DNA from: an uncultured delta proteobacterium
GTDB taxonomy: Bacteria > Desulfobacterota > Binatia > UBA9968
Reading direction: 5' to 3'
NCBI GenBank assembly: GCA_963840855.1
Contig: CAWJBB010000003.1
Span: 1-64,000, forward strand
Length of the DNA: 64,000 nucleotides
Numbering within the stretch: the first letter of the stretch is position 1; each line of letters opens with the position of its first letter. Below the pieces are notes generated by a model. The model saw only the letters and a list, made by a program, of their open reading frames with translations. It was not told where the DNA came from and did no database searches. The position numbers were made by a program, and so were the translations under genes. Below are positions 19,272 to 29,091 of the stretch, in pieces.

Positions 19272-20924
19272 CTAAGCCCAAGGCCTGAATTCTTGGTCCC
19301 CTCCGCTAGCACGCCGGTCCGTTCGCATGGTGTTACGGGGCTGGTAGAACTCAAAGGTTGAGTTTCTCCGGCTCACCGGCGCCGCGTTGCCAGTCTGGTG
19401 CCCCTTGGCGGAATCTATTTGGAAGAAACTAATAAAATACTTGAGAGTCTCAGCTTGGGACGCCATTTCTTCTGCGGTACTTGACAATTCCTCCGCGGCC
19501 GACGCGTTTCTCTGGGTTACCTGATCCACGTGGGTCATGGCGCGGTTCACTTGCGCTACTCCAGCGGACTGCTCACGTGATGCCGTGGCTACCTCTTGCA
19601 CCAACTCGGCCGTCTTCCTGATTGCCGGCGCCAGCTCCCGCAGAAGTTCGCCGGAGCGTTCCGCCACTTTGACGCTGGAGGCTGCCAACGCACTAATTTC
19701 TTGCGCCGCGCCCTGACTCCGTTCCGCTAGCTTGCTCACCTCGGCGGCGACCACCGCGAACCCCTTCCCGTGCTCTCCCGCACGGGCCGCTTCGATAGCC
19801 GCGTTCAAGGCCAACAAATTGGTTTGATAAGCGATCTCTTCGATGATCGTAATCTTTTCCGCTATCGTCTTCATCGCCTCCACCGACTCCGCCACCGCTC
19901 TGCCGCTCTGCTCCATGTCCTTAGCGCCCTTAAGAGCCATCTGCTCCATCTGCCGGCTATTTTCAGCGTTCTGCGTGATTGAGGCGTTCATCTGCTGCAA
20001 ACTCGCGGTGGTCTCCTCCACCGACGCCGCTTGTTCACTGGTACCCTGGGACAGCGTCTGGGCCGATGAGGAGACCAACGCCGAAGCGGACGCCAATCCG
20101 TTGGAGGCGTTGCGCACCTCTCCAATAACCTGCGAGAGATTACCCATGAAAGAGTTGAACAGCTGCGCAACCTCCCCGATCTCGTCTTGGGAATTCACGT
20201 CCAAGCGTTTGGTAAGATCCCCATCGCCTTTGGTAATATCATGCAAGCGCTCTACGAGTCCGTTGATCGGCTTGGTGATACTGCGCGACACACCCAAAGT
20301 GATGACGACAATCATGACGGCGGTGGCGCCCAGCAGAGCAAGCATGATTTGGATGGTTTGTGCGACATAACTTGCCAAATGCTGCTCGCTGGCGCTCAGC
20401 TTCTGTTTATAGTCTCGGGCCATGTCCATTGCGATTTTTTCCAGCCGACCCATAATCGCCGTATAACTTTCAATCGCATCATTCGCGTCTTGCGGTTTTT
20501 TGATGGCTCCGGTTCTAACCTGTTCCGCGATTTTGAGAAAACCATCCGCGTACGCCGCAAGTTCCCGGCGCATAGCCGTCGTAGTGTAATTGTCGTAGTC
20601 ACGATGGGTGTAATGATCAATGGCTTCGATACTCTTTTCCATCAGAACGCGCTGCTCGATCCATTTTTTGATACTCTCTTCCACTTTTGCCGGCTGACCG
20701 ATGTTAAGAAAGACGTCTTTTTCAAAGCGACGCAGGCCCAAACTGTGAGCCACGTTCCACGCCGCACGTTCGGCCACTTCAGCGTCGCCTTTGATCACCT
20801 GGACCGAAAAGCTCTCGACCTTGCTCACTGCCCAATACGCCGCCACCGCCATAACTCCCATCATGGCCATGATCAAGGCAAAGCCGAGACCCACACGACT
20901 GGCGATTCTAATACGCTTGAACAT
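19272..20924 (-). CDS. Methyl-accepting chemotaxis protein (2 TM, HAMP, 34H-like signalling domain)
   Basis: [30 protein letters not shown]; C-terminal EFRPWA resembles a CheR-tethering pentapeptide. Confidence 0.95.
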   Translation of the reverse strand: MFKRIRIASRVGLGFALIMAMMGVMAVAAYWAVSKVESFSVQVIKGDAEVAERAAWNVAHSLGLRRFEKDVFLNIGQPAKVEESIKKWIEQRVLMEKSIEAIDHYTHRDYDNYTTTAMRRELAAYADGFLKIAEQVRTGAIKKPQDANDAIESYTAIMGRLEKIAMDMARDYKQKLSASEQHLASYVAQTIQIMLALLGATAVMIVVITLGVSRSITKPINGLVERLHDITKGDGDLTKRLDVNSQDEIGEVAQLFNSFMGNLSQVIGEVRNASNGLASASALVSSSAQTLSQGTSEQAASVEETTASLQQMNASITQNAENSRQMEQMALKGAKDMEQSGRAVAESVEAMKTIAEKITIIEEIAYQTNLLALNAAIEAARAGEHGKGFAVVAAEVSKLAERSQGAAQEISALAASSVKVAERSGELLRELAPAIRKTAELVQEVATASREQSAGVAQVNRAMTHVDQVTQRNASAAEELSSTAEEMASQAETLKYFISFFQIDSAKGHQTGNAAPVSRRNSTFEFYQPRNTMRTDRRASGGDQEFRPWA

Positions 20925-20962
20925 GACTTTCTCCTTTGCCTACCAGCAACCTATCTCTTCCG

Positions 20963-22658
20963 CTACCGCTCTTGTTCGATCAGGGGTAGTGCGTTGGCGG
21001 GAATCACTTGACTAGAACTTTGGATCACGTCTCGGAGCACACTTGGAATATCCAGAATCAGCGCCACACGTCCATTGTCGAGGATCGCCGAGCCAGCGAT
21101 ACTCGAGGAGCGGAAAAACTGTTTGTCCAACGGCTTGATCACCGTTTGGCGCGGACCGTAGAGCGTGTCTACCACGATCCCGGCCTTTACGCCCTGGGAT
21201 GCCACGACGACGACAGATTCGCGCCCCGGACGCGACGCCTCGATACCGAAACGGTGGCGTAGGCGAACGTAAGGAAGAGGCTCGCCGCGCAAGTTGATCA
21301 TTCCTCGGCCGTTGGCGCCAGCCTGTTCTTGGCCGACAAATGGCCAGCACTCCCGCACTGCATGTAACGGAATAATATAAGTATCGTCGCCGACGCCGAC
21401 ACCGAAACCTTCGATGATCGCCAGCGTCAGCGGCAAACGGATAGTGAACGTAGTACCCCTGCCCGCTTCGCTTTGAAGCCCCACAGATCCACGCACGGCT
21501 TCGATGTCGCGCCTAACGACCTCCATACCGACGCCGCGTCCCGACAGGTCCGTGATGGTCGCCGCCGTCGAAAACCCCGGTTCGAAAATGAACTGGAAAA
21601 TATCCTGTTCGGATAATCTGTCGCCGTCCGCGACCCAACCCCGCTCTTTGGCGCGGGTAATAATGCGCTCACAATTCAAGCCGGCGCCGTCGTCGATGAG
21701 CTGCACGACGATGTTACCTCCCTCGTGGAAAGCTCTGAGAGTGAGAAGGCCACAGGGGTCTTTTCCCCGCGCGCGGCGCGTCTCGGGCGATTCGATGCCG
21801 TGATCGATGGCGTTACGGACCATGTGCGTGAGCGGATCTTTGAGATGCTCGACCACGCTGAGATCGATCTCCGCCTCTTCGCCTTCCAAGGCGAGGCGCG
21901 CCTCCCGACCCGCCGCCAGCGCGACATCGCGTACGACCCGAGCATACTGGCGAAAAACCGGGCCCACGGGCACCATGCGGACTTTCATGATCTCTTCTTG
22001 TAAATCCAAAGACAGGCGTTCCAATTGCTCGTGGGCTTCAACGGCGTCTTTTCTGGCTTTTTCGCCGCCCAAGGCCTGGTGCAATCGTCCCTGAGCGATG
22101 GCGATTTCCCCAGCGAGATTGAGCATACGGTCGAGCTTTTGAATGTCCACACGGATCGTGCCGTTGCGCGCGCCACCAACGGCTCCATCCTCGCGCCTGC
22201 GGCAACCGGCGGCAGGTTCCTCTATATTTTCCGCCTCGGCTGAGGGCGGATGCTCGATGCCGACGCCGCCCTCGGCAAGCCTAACGAGCAACGCCGCGTA
22301 ATCCGACTTGCGTTGCTCCTCCCCGGCTATCGCCCCAGGCAACATTTCGCGCAGCGCATCAGCAGACTGGAGCAAGAGTGTTACCGTCTTGCGACTTACC
22401 GGAATCAGTCCGGCGCGCAAGCGCTGCAAGAGACTTTCTAACGCGTGGGTGAACTCAGCCACCGCGGCAATTCCCAGACTAGCAGCATTACCCTTTATCG
22501 TATGAGCACCGCGAAAAATCGTATTGAGAAGTTCTCGGTTCTCGGGATGCGACTCCAGGGCTACCATCGCCTCTTCCATTTCAGCGATGCGCTCTTCGCA
22601 TTCCGCAGCGAAGGTGCGTACGGATTGATTCGAGATCTATATCGATGTCTAGAGCCAT
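20963..22658 (-). CDS. cheA: Chemotaxis kinase CheA (no P2 domain); apparent +1 frameshift at about 22622
   Basis: IFRGAHTIKG, HMVRNAIDHGIE, SGRGVGM, P5. Upstream ATG 22658 with RBS gives MALDIDIDLESI, then after one extra C, VRTFAAECEERIAEMEE. Confidence 0.9.
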
Positions 22659-22734
22659 GCTCCGCTTCCTAATAGAGCGCCGACAGACTCTGAATTCGGG
22701 CCGCTCAAAAAAATCTCAGAGGTGACGCGCGCGG

Positions 22735-22812
22735 TATTCGTCGTTCGTGTTCGTGGCTCGTGTTCGTTCGAGCAAGAAACGAGCACGAATGGAGCGACTT
22801 GACCGAGCACAA
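22735..22812. repeat. Intergenic short-repeat palindrome (TCGTGTTCGT / ACGAGCACGA)
   Basis: tcgttcgtgttcgtggctcgtgttcgttcg...aacgagcacgaa between cheD and cheA. Confidence 0.6.
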
Positions 22813-22866
22813 CTTTCATACAGGCTTGTCATGCAACCTACTGGCATATGTTTTTTTGGCGAACTC

Positions 22867-23436
22867 CTAAAGGTACTTGATCCATGACGTACCATCGTCC
22901 GTGTTGAAGACGAGCTTACGGCCCCTACGTCCTGCCAGGTCCCGCTCCACCACTGGGATATTCTGCATGTGCAACATATTTTCAGCCAGCCGAGCGTTGA
23001 CGATCCCAACATGATCTTTCCTTTCCCGAAATGCCTCGATGACACAGGCACCGCCGAAGAGTTTCGCCCGTAACCGATTCTTGCGCGCTCCGAGAGAAAG
23101 GACTTTTTCGATCAAAGTCTCGATCGCTACTGTGCCAAAACGGGGCGATGCTATATCGTCCCCCACCCAGAATGGCAACAAATAATGATTGATGCCGCCG
23201 ATTTTCAGCACCGGGTCCCAAAGACACAGGGATACGCAGGAACCGAGAATGGTAGTAACGGCGCAGGGATAGGCGGCAGTAAAGAGTTGGCCAGGGTGAA
23301 GATACACCTTAGTCCGCGCGCCGCTATCCGGGGCCACTCGCAGTCTCCCGTTGTCCGCAACGGCACACGCCGTCCAACCCCCTACCAAGGTCTGTGCAGC
23401 AGCAGAGTTTGCATTGGTTTTAAATTTCGGCGTCAT
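22867..23436 (-). CDS. cheD: Chemoreceptor glutamine deamidase CheD
   Basis: TTILGSCVSLCL, GGINHYLLP, AKLFGGA, GRRGRKL. Confidence 0.93.
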   Translation of the reverse strand: MTPKFKTNANSAAAQTLVGGWTACAVADNGRLRVAPDSGARTKVYLHPGQLFTAAYPCAVTTILGSCVSLCLWDPVLKIGGINHYLLPFWVGDDIASPRFGTVAIETLIEKVLSLGARKNRLRAKLFGGACVIEAFRERKDHVGIVNARLAENMLHMQNIPVVERDLAGRRGRKLVFNTDDGTSWIKYL

Positions 23437-24194
23437 GCCATGATCTCCCTAGCCGCGGCCCGTTCGGCACTCAATTCGGCGCAGTGAAGCGCAATTCCCG
23501 CCTGAGTTGAAAGGAGGTCAAGCAGTTGATAGTCGAGCGCCACTAGACGGTCCTTTTGTGGCAATAGGCGAAGAATTACCATCACTCCCCACACCACGCC
23601 GTCCACTTTTAATGGAACACAGGCCGTCGGCATGTCCGCATTGCCGGGGTCCTGTTCGGTGCCCTTCAGGTCGTGAAAATAGCAATCGCCGGTCAACGCG
23701 ACTCGTCCAATGGGACCTTCGCCAACAGAGATACTGGAATGATTCGCCCACCCATTACCGTAGTAATCGATCAACGACAACGTCGACGTCCGAGGATGGT
23801 TCTCGAACACCGCCATCGCCTCAACTCCGATCAGGTTTATGACGATTTCACGGATAGCCGCCAATACCTCCTGCTTTCTTAGCGTCGCCTGCAGCCTCCT
23901 GCTCGCAACGAAGAGACTGGCCAGGTCGCCGTGCTGTAGCTCCGTGGCAACGAATTGCTGAGCCAGCAGCCCATCCCCGCCTGATCCCTGGACAACTGCG
24001 TCGCTAAGCTCGGTTTGCAACCTTTCGAGTTCTTTCTCCAGTTCGGCCACGCGGTTACGCAATCGCTGGTTTTCACCTTCAACGACAGCCGCTTGTCTGC
24101 GCGCGGGCACAAGACCGCCTGGCGTAGCGGGGATATCCCGGGCGGCTTTGGGCCGCCCCTTGGTGATCCTCTTCCTTCTTGGCGCCTTTCCCAT
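23433..24194 (-). CDS. Coiled-coil plus GAF domain protein in the che operon
   Basis: Heptad segment ENQRLRNRVAELEKELERLQ; GEGPIGRVALTG, ACVPLKVDGVVWG, LLPQK. Confidence 0.8.
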   Translation of the reverse strand: MGKAPRRKRITKGRPKAARDIPATPGGLVPARRQAAVVEGENQRLRNRVAELEKELERLQTELSDAVVQGSGGDGLLAQQFVATELQHGDLASLFVASRRLQATLRKQEVLAAIREIVINLIGVEAMAVFENHPRTSTLSLIDYYGNGWANHSSISVGEGPIGRVALTGDCYFHDLKGTEQDPGNADMPTACVPLKVDGVVWGVMVILRLLPQKDRLVALDYQLLDLLSTQAGIALHCAELSAERAAAREIMA

Positions 24195-24223
24195 AAGTCA
24201 AACTATCCGCAGGTTTGAATGCC

Positions 24224-24607
24224 TTACATAGCCAGAAAGCTGCGTATCTTGGTGAGCAATTCCAGGCTGTCAATGGGCTTGGTGATGTAGTCGCTGCAAC
24301 CGCTTAGGTAGCCGGTTTCCATGCTTTCTTCTTCCCCCTTCGTAGTTACAATAAGAATGGGAATCGACCGGGTCTCGGGGCGTCGACGCAACTCACGTAT
24401 CGCGTCGAACCCGTTCATCTTCGGCATGATCACGTCCATCAGAATCAAATCTGGTCTCAGCGCCAGCGCCTTGGCAATCGCTTCCTTGCCGTCTTTTGCC
24501 ATCGTCAGTTCGTAACTACCCCCCTTGAGAATCATCCGCTCCAACATGAGAACGGTTTCCGAATCATCCACCAACAGAATTTTCTTGTTGCCCCTATTTT
24601 CGGACAT
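24224..24607 (-). CDS. Single-domain response regulator heading the che operon
   Basis: ILLVDDS, LILMDVIMP, IVTT, YITKP. Start re-called at ATG 24607. Confidence 0.88.
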   Translation of the reverse strand: MSENRGNKKILLVDDSETVLMLERMILKGGSYELTMAKDGKEAIAKALALRPDLILMDVIMPKMNGFDAIRELRRRPETRSIPILIVTTKGEEESMETGYLSGCSDYITKPIDSLELLTKIRSFLAM

Positions 24608-24699
24608 CGCTAGACCGCCTTTCCACGCCCACGGTATGCCACGGACTTCCTGGCGTCGCGCTCTAGGCAGCCTGGCTCGAATCAAATTAAGCGAGCCAA

Positions 24700-24715
24700 C
24701 GCAATAAGCTTGCCA
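24700..24715 (-). promoter_or_regulatory. Putative sigma54 promoter for the che operon
   Basis: Minus strand TGGCAA-GCTTA-TTGCG. Confidence 0.65.
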
Positions 24716-24853
24716 CGGCGATACTAGATTGGATTGCTGGTAAAAGCTCGATCGCGATACTGTCCTCCGCTCCTCGGCGAGCCAAATTTGCACCCGTGCG
24801 CGATGGAAACCCAGGGACACTTTGAGGCGATGAGGAAACTTACGAGCCTGGCT

Positions 24854-24867
24854 GTCATTTCCTTGAC
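24854..24867. promoter_or_regulatory. Candidate enhancer (FleQ-box-like) between divergent sigma54 promoters
   Basis: gtcatttccttgac (GTCA-N6-TGAC). Confidence 0.4.
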
Positions 24868-25048
24868 GCGAGCCACCCCGGCCTCCCGCCTGCGAACCAG
24901 TCAAACACAAGAAAACACGGACGCACGTTGCACCTTGTGACAGTTTTTCGTCTATCGCCGTCCAATTACGGCCGCTAAAGTTGATTCCAACTCCGCCAGA
25001 GCCCTATTGATCCCTAGACTTTCGTCAAACCATCAAAAATCTCACTGC

Positions 25049-25064
25049 TGGCACAAGTTTGGCT
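25049..25064 (+). promoter_or_regulatory. Putative sigma54 promoter for the coiled-coil gene
   Basis: TGGCAC-AAGTT-TGGCT (one mismatch), followed by GAGGAG RBS and GTG at 25138. Confidence 0.6.
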
Positions 25065-25137
25065 TGTCTGTGACCGATAACTACTTGTAGCTGGCGCATG
25101 TATCCCCCAAAATCTTAGAAACCGAGGAGCCAATCAA

Positions 25138-28044
25138 GTGGGATTGTTTGACGAAAAAAGCGAGATTCCGTCCAGCCGCGACGGCGGACGGATGGGTAGT
25201 GATAAAGACACGTTGTTCAATTGGCTCGTACGAAAGGCAGAAGCCGATCTTGGGCTTGCTCAGGCCTTTGCCGCCGGCGAAACGCAACGGGTCGACCAGA
25301 TCAAACATTTGGAAACTACGCTGGTCGGTCAGATCGCCGAACTCCAGCACCAGATACTAGAGAGCCGCGACGCGGAGCTTAACGATCTTAAATCCGAGAT
25401 TTCCGTCTATTCCGACCGCGTGACGCGGATCGAAGGCGCAAAGGCTCCTGGCGACGCCACCAAAGAGTTTGTTCATGACGAGCTCGGCGTTTTACGGGCG
25501 CAACTCAGCGGTCGACAAACGGACCTGGAAACTCGCTACTCGGGATTCGAAAGGCTAGAAGAATCGTTCGGCGCCCAGATCCGAGCGTTAGAAGATAAGA
25601 TACGAGAAGAGCTTGGCGGCGTCCGCGCCGCCCAGGGAGAGTTGCGTCATCTCAAATCTGAGGCACAGTCGCTCACTGAACGGGTCGGTCAAGCTGAGTC
25701 AACTGCCTGGCAAACGCGGACCTTCGCATCGCGCAATGCTCAGCAACTCGAACACACCGCCGAAAACCTCAAGGGAGAAATCGTAGCGTTAAAAGCCGTA
25801 TTCGCCGAACTCAGTGACCAACAGCGCAACGGCCGCCGGCCCGATACCGCGCTCAATGAAATTGCCCAGAGCCTGGGTGACAAGATCGAAGAAATTCTGA
25901 GCCGGCTGGCGCAGGAACATCATGCTCAGCTCGGGCGTGACGCACGGCTCGGACAGCTCGACTCCGGGCTAGCCATGCTCGCCGAGCGCATGACGAAAAC
26001 AGAGTCGCAGTCGCGTGAGATCCAAGCGCTGGTGCCGAGGGAAGTGAGTTCGGCGTCGGACTTTCGCGAGAAAATCGCAACGGAACTGGCGGCGCTATAC
26101 GCCAAGCTTGGCGAGGCTCAGATGCGCCAGCTGGCCATCGAAGACCTCGAAGCGTCGCTGCGCGCCAAGCTCGAGGAATGGCAACACCTGACAGCGCAAA
26201 AATTCATGCTCCTCGCGAGCCACGACACCGAACAAGAAAAAAGCGCAAGGGAACTCGGAGCGAGTCTAAGCGCTAAACTCGCGGAGCAAGAGGAGCGTAA
26301 CGGCGAGAGGCTACGCGCCCTTGCCATCGGCCATGAAGGACTGGCTCGTCTTAGACCGGAAATTCAGGCGCTGGCGCAACGCATTGGCCAGGTGGAGTCT
26401 GTGGCTCAAAGGGCGCAGAGCCAGGCCGACGCCGGCGCCAAGCGCGCCGGGCAATGGGAGGAGGGCTTCAAAAGCGCAATCACGGCGCTCAAAACCGAAC
26501 TCAACGAGCAACAGCGCGCTTTTCGTCTGCCCGAGGCTCAGATGTCCGAGATCGAGCACAAGCTCGGCGTCAAAATTGACGAACTCCAGCGCCAACTGGC
26601 CGTCGAACGGGAAGGGTTAGACCACTGGGGCAAGGGTCTCCGCGAGTCTTTCAGCGCCGAGTTGAGCGCGATGCAAGTGCGTCTCAGCGAACGCCAGAGC
26701 CAGATCGAATACCGTCACTCCCGTCTCGAGCGTTTGGAAGAAACCGTCAAGGCAAGCATTCAGCAACTAGAAGCACAGCTCAAAGAAAAACTTCAGTCCC
26801 AAGATTACGACCGCGAACAATGGGCTCAACTCCGCTCGGAATTTGGCGCGCTCGGCGAGCGGACAAGCCAGTTGGAATCTCAGGACCGCCAGGCAGAGGG
26901 TCGGGCCACCGCAACACACCAACACGTCGAGCAGAGCCTCGCCGTTCTCTGCGGCGAATTCAGTGCCTTCAAAGCATCGTTCGATCAACGCCCGGCCCCG
27001 CTTTCCGAATCGATCATTCGCGGCTTGGAAGAAACCCTTGGCGCGAACTTGAGCCAACTTGAAGAACAGGTAACCCGAAAATTCAGCGTCTATGACAGCC
27101 GCGACAGCGAGCGCGTCCAGCAAACAGAACAAGCCATAAACCGCCTCAAAGCTGAGCTGGGAACTTTCAGAGCGGATTTCGTAGAGCAGCAGAGGGGTCT
27201 TCCGTCCGTCGAAAGTTTGTCGTATAGCATTCAGGAGTCGCTCCGGACCAAGATTCACGAACTCCATCAACAACTGGCGGAGCGATTCACGCTCATCGAC
27301 AGCCGGGATGCCGAGCGCGCACGGCAAGCCGATGAGACCCGAGAGGCCCTGCATAGCGAGATCGCCGTGCTGCGGGGCGAAATTACCGCACTTAAGTCAG
27401 GCCTCAACGAGCGCCCGGCAGTCACCGCGGACACGGCTCTCCGCAGCCTCGAAGAATCGTTCGGCGCGAAGATTCAAGACTCGCAACAACAGGTGGCCGA
27501 GCAACTGGTTATCCTCGAAAAGCGCGACTCCGAGCGTAGCCAAAAAGCCGAACAGATCATCGCCGGATTTGCAACTGAAATGGCTAAGCTCAAAGCGGAC
27601 CTTCTCCAACGGCCCGCTGTGATGACATCTTCCGATCCGGCGCTGCGCTACCTGGAAGAAAACTTGAACGCCAAGATCAATGAGTTGAACCAACAGGTGA
27701 CGCAGAAATTCAGCGTCTTCGAAAGTCGCGATGCCGAACTGAAAGAACTAAAGGATAGATCTCAATCCGTGATCCAACGAGTGGCGCAGTTGAGCGCCGC
27801 CATTCAGGGATCTCAAAACTCGGGACCAGTCGCCGCTCAGTTCGTATCGGCGCCGCCAGAGGCACGTGCCGCACAAGCGCCGGAAGCAAACGCCAAGGGC
27901 GAGAACTCGGCAGAAACTCAGGCTCCGAGCGAAAAGGAACAACTCGGCGAACTCCAGGAAAGGATGTCGACGGAAATCGAGCGCGTGCGGGCAGAGCTTA
28001 AGGAGCGAAGCGGGCGGTGGAAAGTGCGCAGAAGCGCATCCTGA
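25138..28044 (+). CDS. 968-aa repeat-rich all-coiled-coil protein of unknown function
   Basis: E/Q/L/A/R-rich, no TM or catalytic motif; recurring LEE(S/T/N)(L/F)xA(K/N)IxxLxxQ...F...(D/E)SRD(A/S)E units; strong RBS. Confidence 0.85.
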   Translation: MGLFDEKSEIPSSRDGGRMGSDKDTLFNWLVRKAEADLGLAQAFAAGETQRVDQIKHLETTLVGQIAELQHQILESRDAELNDLKSEISVYSDRVTRIEGAKAPGDATKEFVHDELGVLRAQLSGRQTDLETRYSGFERLEESFGAQIRALEDKIREELGGVRAAQGELRHLKSEAQSLTERVGQAESTAWQTRTFASRNAQQLEHTAENLKGEIVALKAVFAELSDQQRNGRRPDTALNEIAQSLGDKIEEILSRLAQEHHAQLGRDARLGQLDSGLAMLAERMTKTESQSREIQALVPREVSSASDFREKIATELAALYAKLGEAQMRQLAIEDLEASLRAKLEEWQHLTAQKFMLLASHDTEQEKSARELGASLSAKLAEQEERNGERLRALAIGHEGLARLRPEIQALAQRIGQVESVAQRAQSQADAGAKRAGQWEEGFKSAITALKTELNEQQRAFRLPEAQMSEIEHKLGVKIDELQRQLAVEREGLDHWGKGLRESFSAELSAMQVRLSERQSQIEYRHSRLERLEETVKASIQQLEAQLKEKLQSQDYDREQWAQLRSEFGALGERTSQLESQDRQAEGRATATHQHVEQSLAVLCGEFSAFKASFDQRPAPLSESIIRGLEETLGANLSQLEEQVTRKFSVYDSRDSERVQQTEQAINRLKAELGTFRADFVEQQRGLPSVESLSYSIQESLRTKIHELHQQLAERFTLIDSRDAERARQADETREALHSEIAVLRGEITALKSGLNERPAVTADTALRSLEESFGAKIQDSQQQVAEQLVILEKRDSERSQKAEQIIAGFATEMAKLKADLLQRPAVMTSSDPALRYLEENLNAKINELNQQVTQKFSVFESRDAELKELKDRSQSVIQRVAQLSAAIQGSQNSGPVAAQFVSAPPEARAAQAPEANAKGENSAETQAPSEKEQLGELQERMSTEIERVRAELKERSGRWKVRRSAS

Positions 28045-28306
28045 GGCGCCCTAACCCCATCCCTCTCCTAGTAGCGAGAGAAGGTAACAGGCGCAGAGAC
28101 GCAACCAAAGATGAAAGCGCAAACTTTACCACGAAGGACGCGAAGGGAACGAAGCTCAAGAGCAAAAATAACCAACGCCTCATGGCTTTCCTGCGCTTCT
28201 TAGTGAGAAACTGTTCCATTGAGTGCCGCAGCGGCGATAAATGGCGGTCAGAAATCTTGCTCAAACTGGCAAACCATACAGATCCAGTAATACGGAACTT
28301 TTGCAC

Positions 28307-29023
28307 ATGAACGAAAAACGCGTATCCACCGGCATTCACGAACTGGATGCCCTGCTCGACGGCGGTTTCAGACGGGGCAAGACCTATTTAACGCTTGGCG
28401 AGCCCGGCACCGGCAAGACCATTTTCGCGCTGCAATTTCTCCATCAGGCTTTGAAAGATGGCGAAAAAGCGCTCTACGTCACCATCGACGAAAAACCCGC
28501 CGACCTGGTGGACCAGGCGATGTCGCTGGGCTGGGATTTGACCCCACATATCGAGCTGAAGAATTTGCTGATCCTGGACGCCTCCGCTCTGATCACTGCG
28601 AGGGTGAGCGATATTAGTTCGAAAAACGATCTCCAAAAAATCATTGTCGAGCTCAACAACCATATCGCCAAGAGTGGTGCGACGCGGGTGGTGATCGATC
28701 CCGTTGGGCCATTGATTCACGCCGCCGATTCCCCGTCGAAAGCTCAAGACCAGGCGCGACTGCTCATCGCTTCACTGCAAAAGAACCCCCAAATCACCAC
28801 CCTTGTCACTTCCCAATCCCTGGGCCGAGGCACCCGCGGCATCGAAGAGTATCTCGTCGCCGGCACCATCGTCTTGGAGTTGGAATTGGCCAACAGCCGC
28901 TTCGTGCGCACCATGACCATCGAAAAAATGCGCAGCACAGCCCTCGATCCCGCGCAGTATTTGTTCCGCATCGCTCCCGAAAAAGGCATCACCATGCAGC
29001 CGAGCGAAGAGATCGTGCCGTAA
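28307..29023 (+). CDS. Single-domain KaiC-like (RecA-superfamily, COG0467-like) ATPase
   Basis: RVSTGIHELD, GEPGTGKT, YVTIDE, RVVIDP, GIEEYL, IEKMRST. Start re-called at ATG 28307. Confidence 0.88.
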   Translation: MNEKRVSTGIHELDALLDGGFRRGKTYLTLGEPGTGKTIFALQFLHQALKDGEKALYVTIDEKPADLVDQAMSLGWDLTPHIELKNLLILDASALITARVSDISSKNDLQKIIVELNNHIAKSGATRVVIDPVGPLIHAADSPSKAQDQARLLIASLQKNPQITTLVTSQSLGRGTRGIEEYLVAGTIVLELELANSRFVRTMTIEKMRSTALDPAQYLFRIAPEKGITMQPSEEIVP

Positions 29024-29091
29024 CCGAATGTCCCCGCTCGGTGTCTTCTCGTGACGCAGTGACCCCTGAATGCATCTGTGTCACTACAAGT

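Noticed and set aside
25138-28044. SMC/Rad50 or tape-measure protein
   Set aside because: No Walker motifs, hinge, TM segments or phage context
28307-29023. Circadian clock kaiC
   Set aside because: Single domain, no kaiA/kaiB in the window, and no ST phosphosite pair
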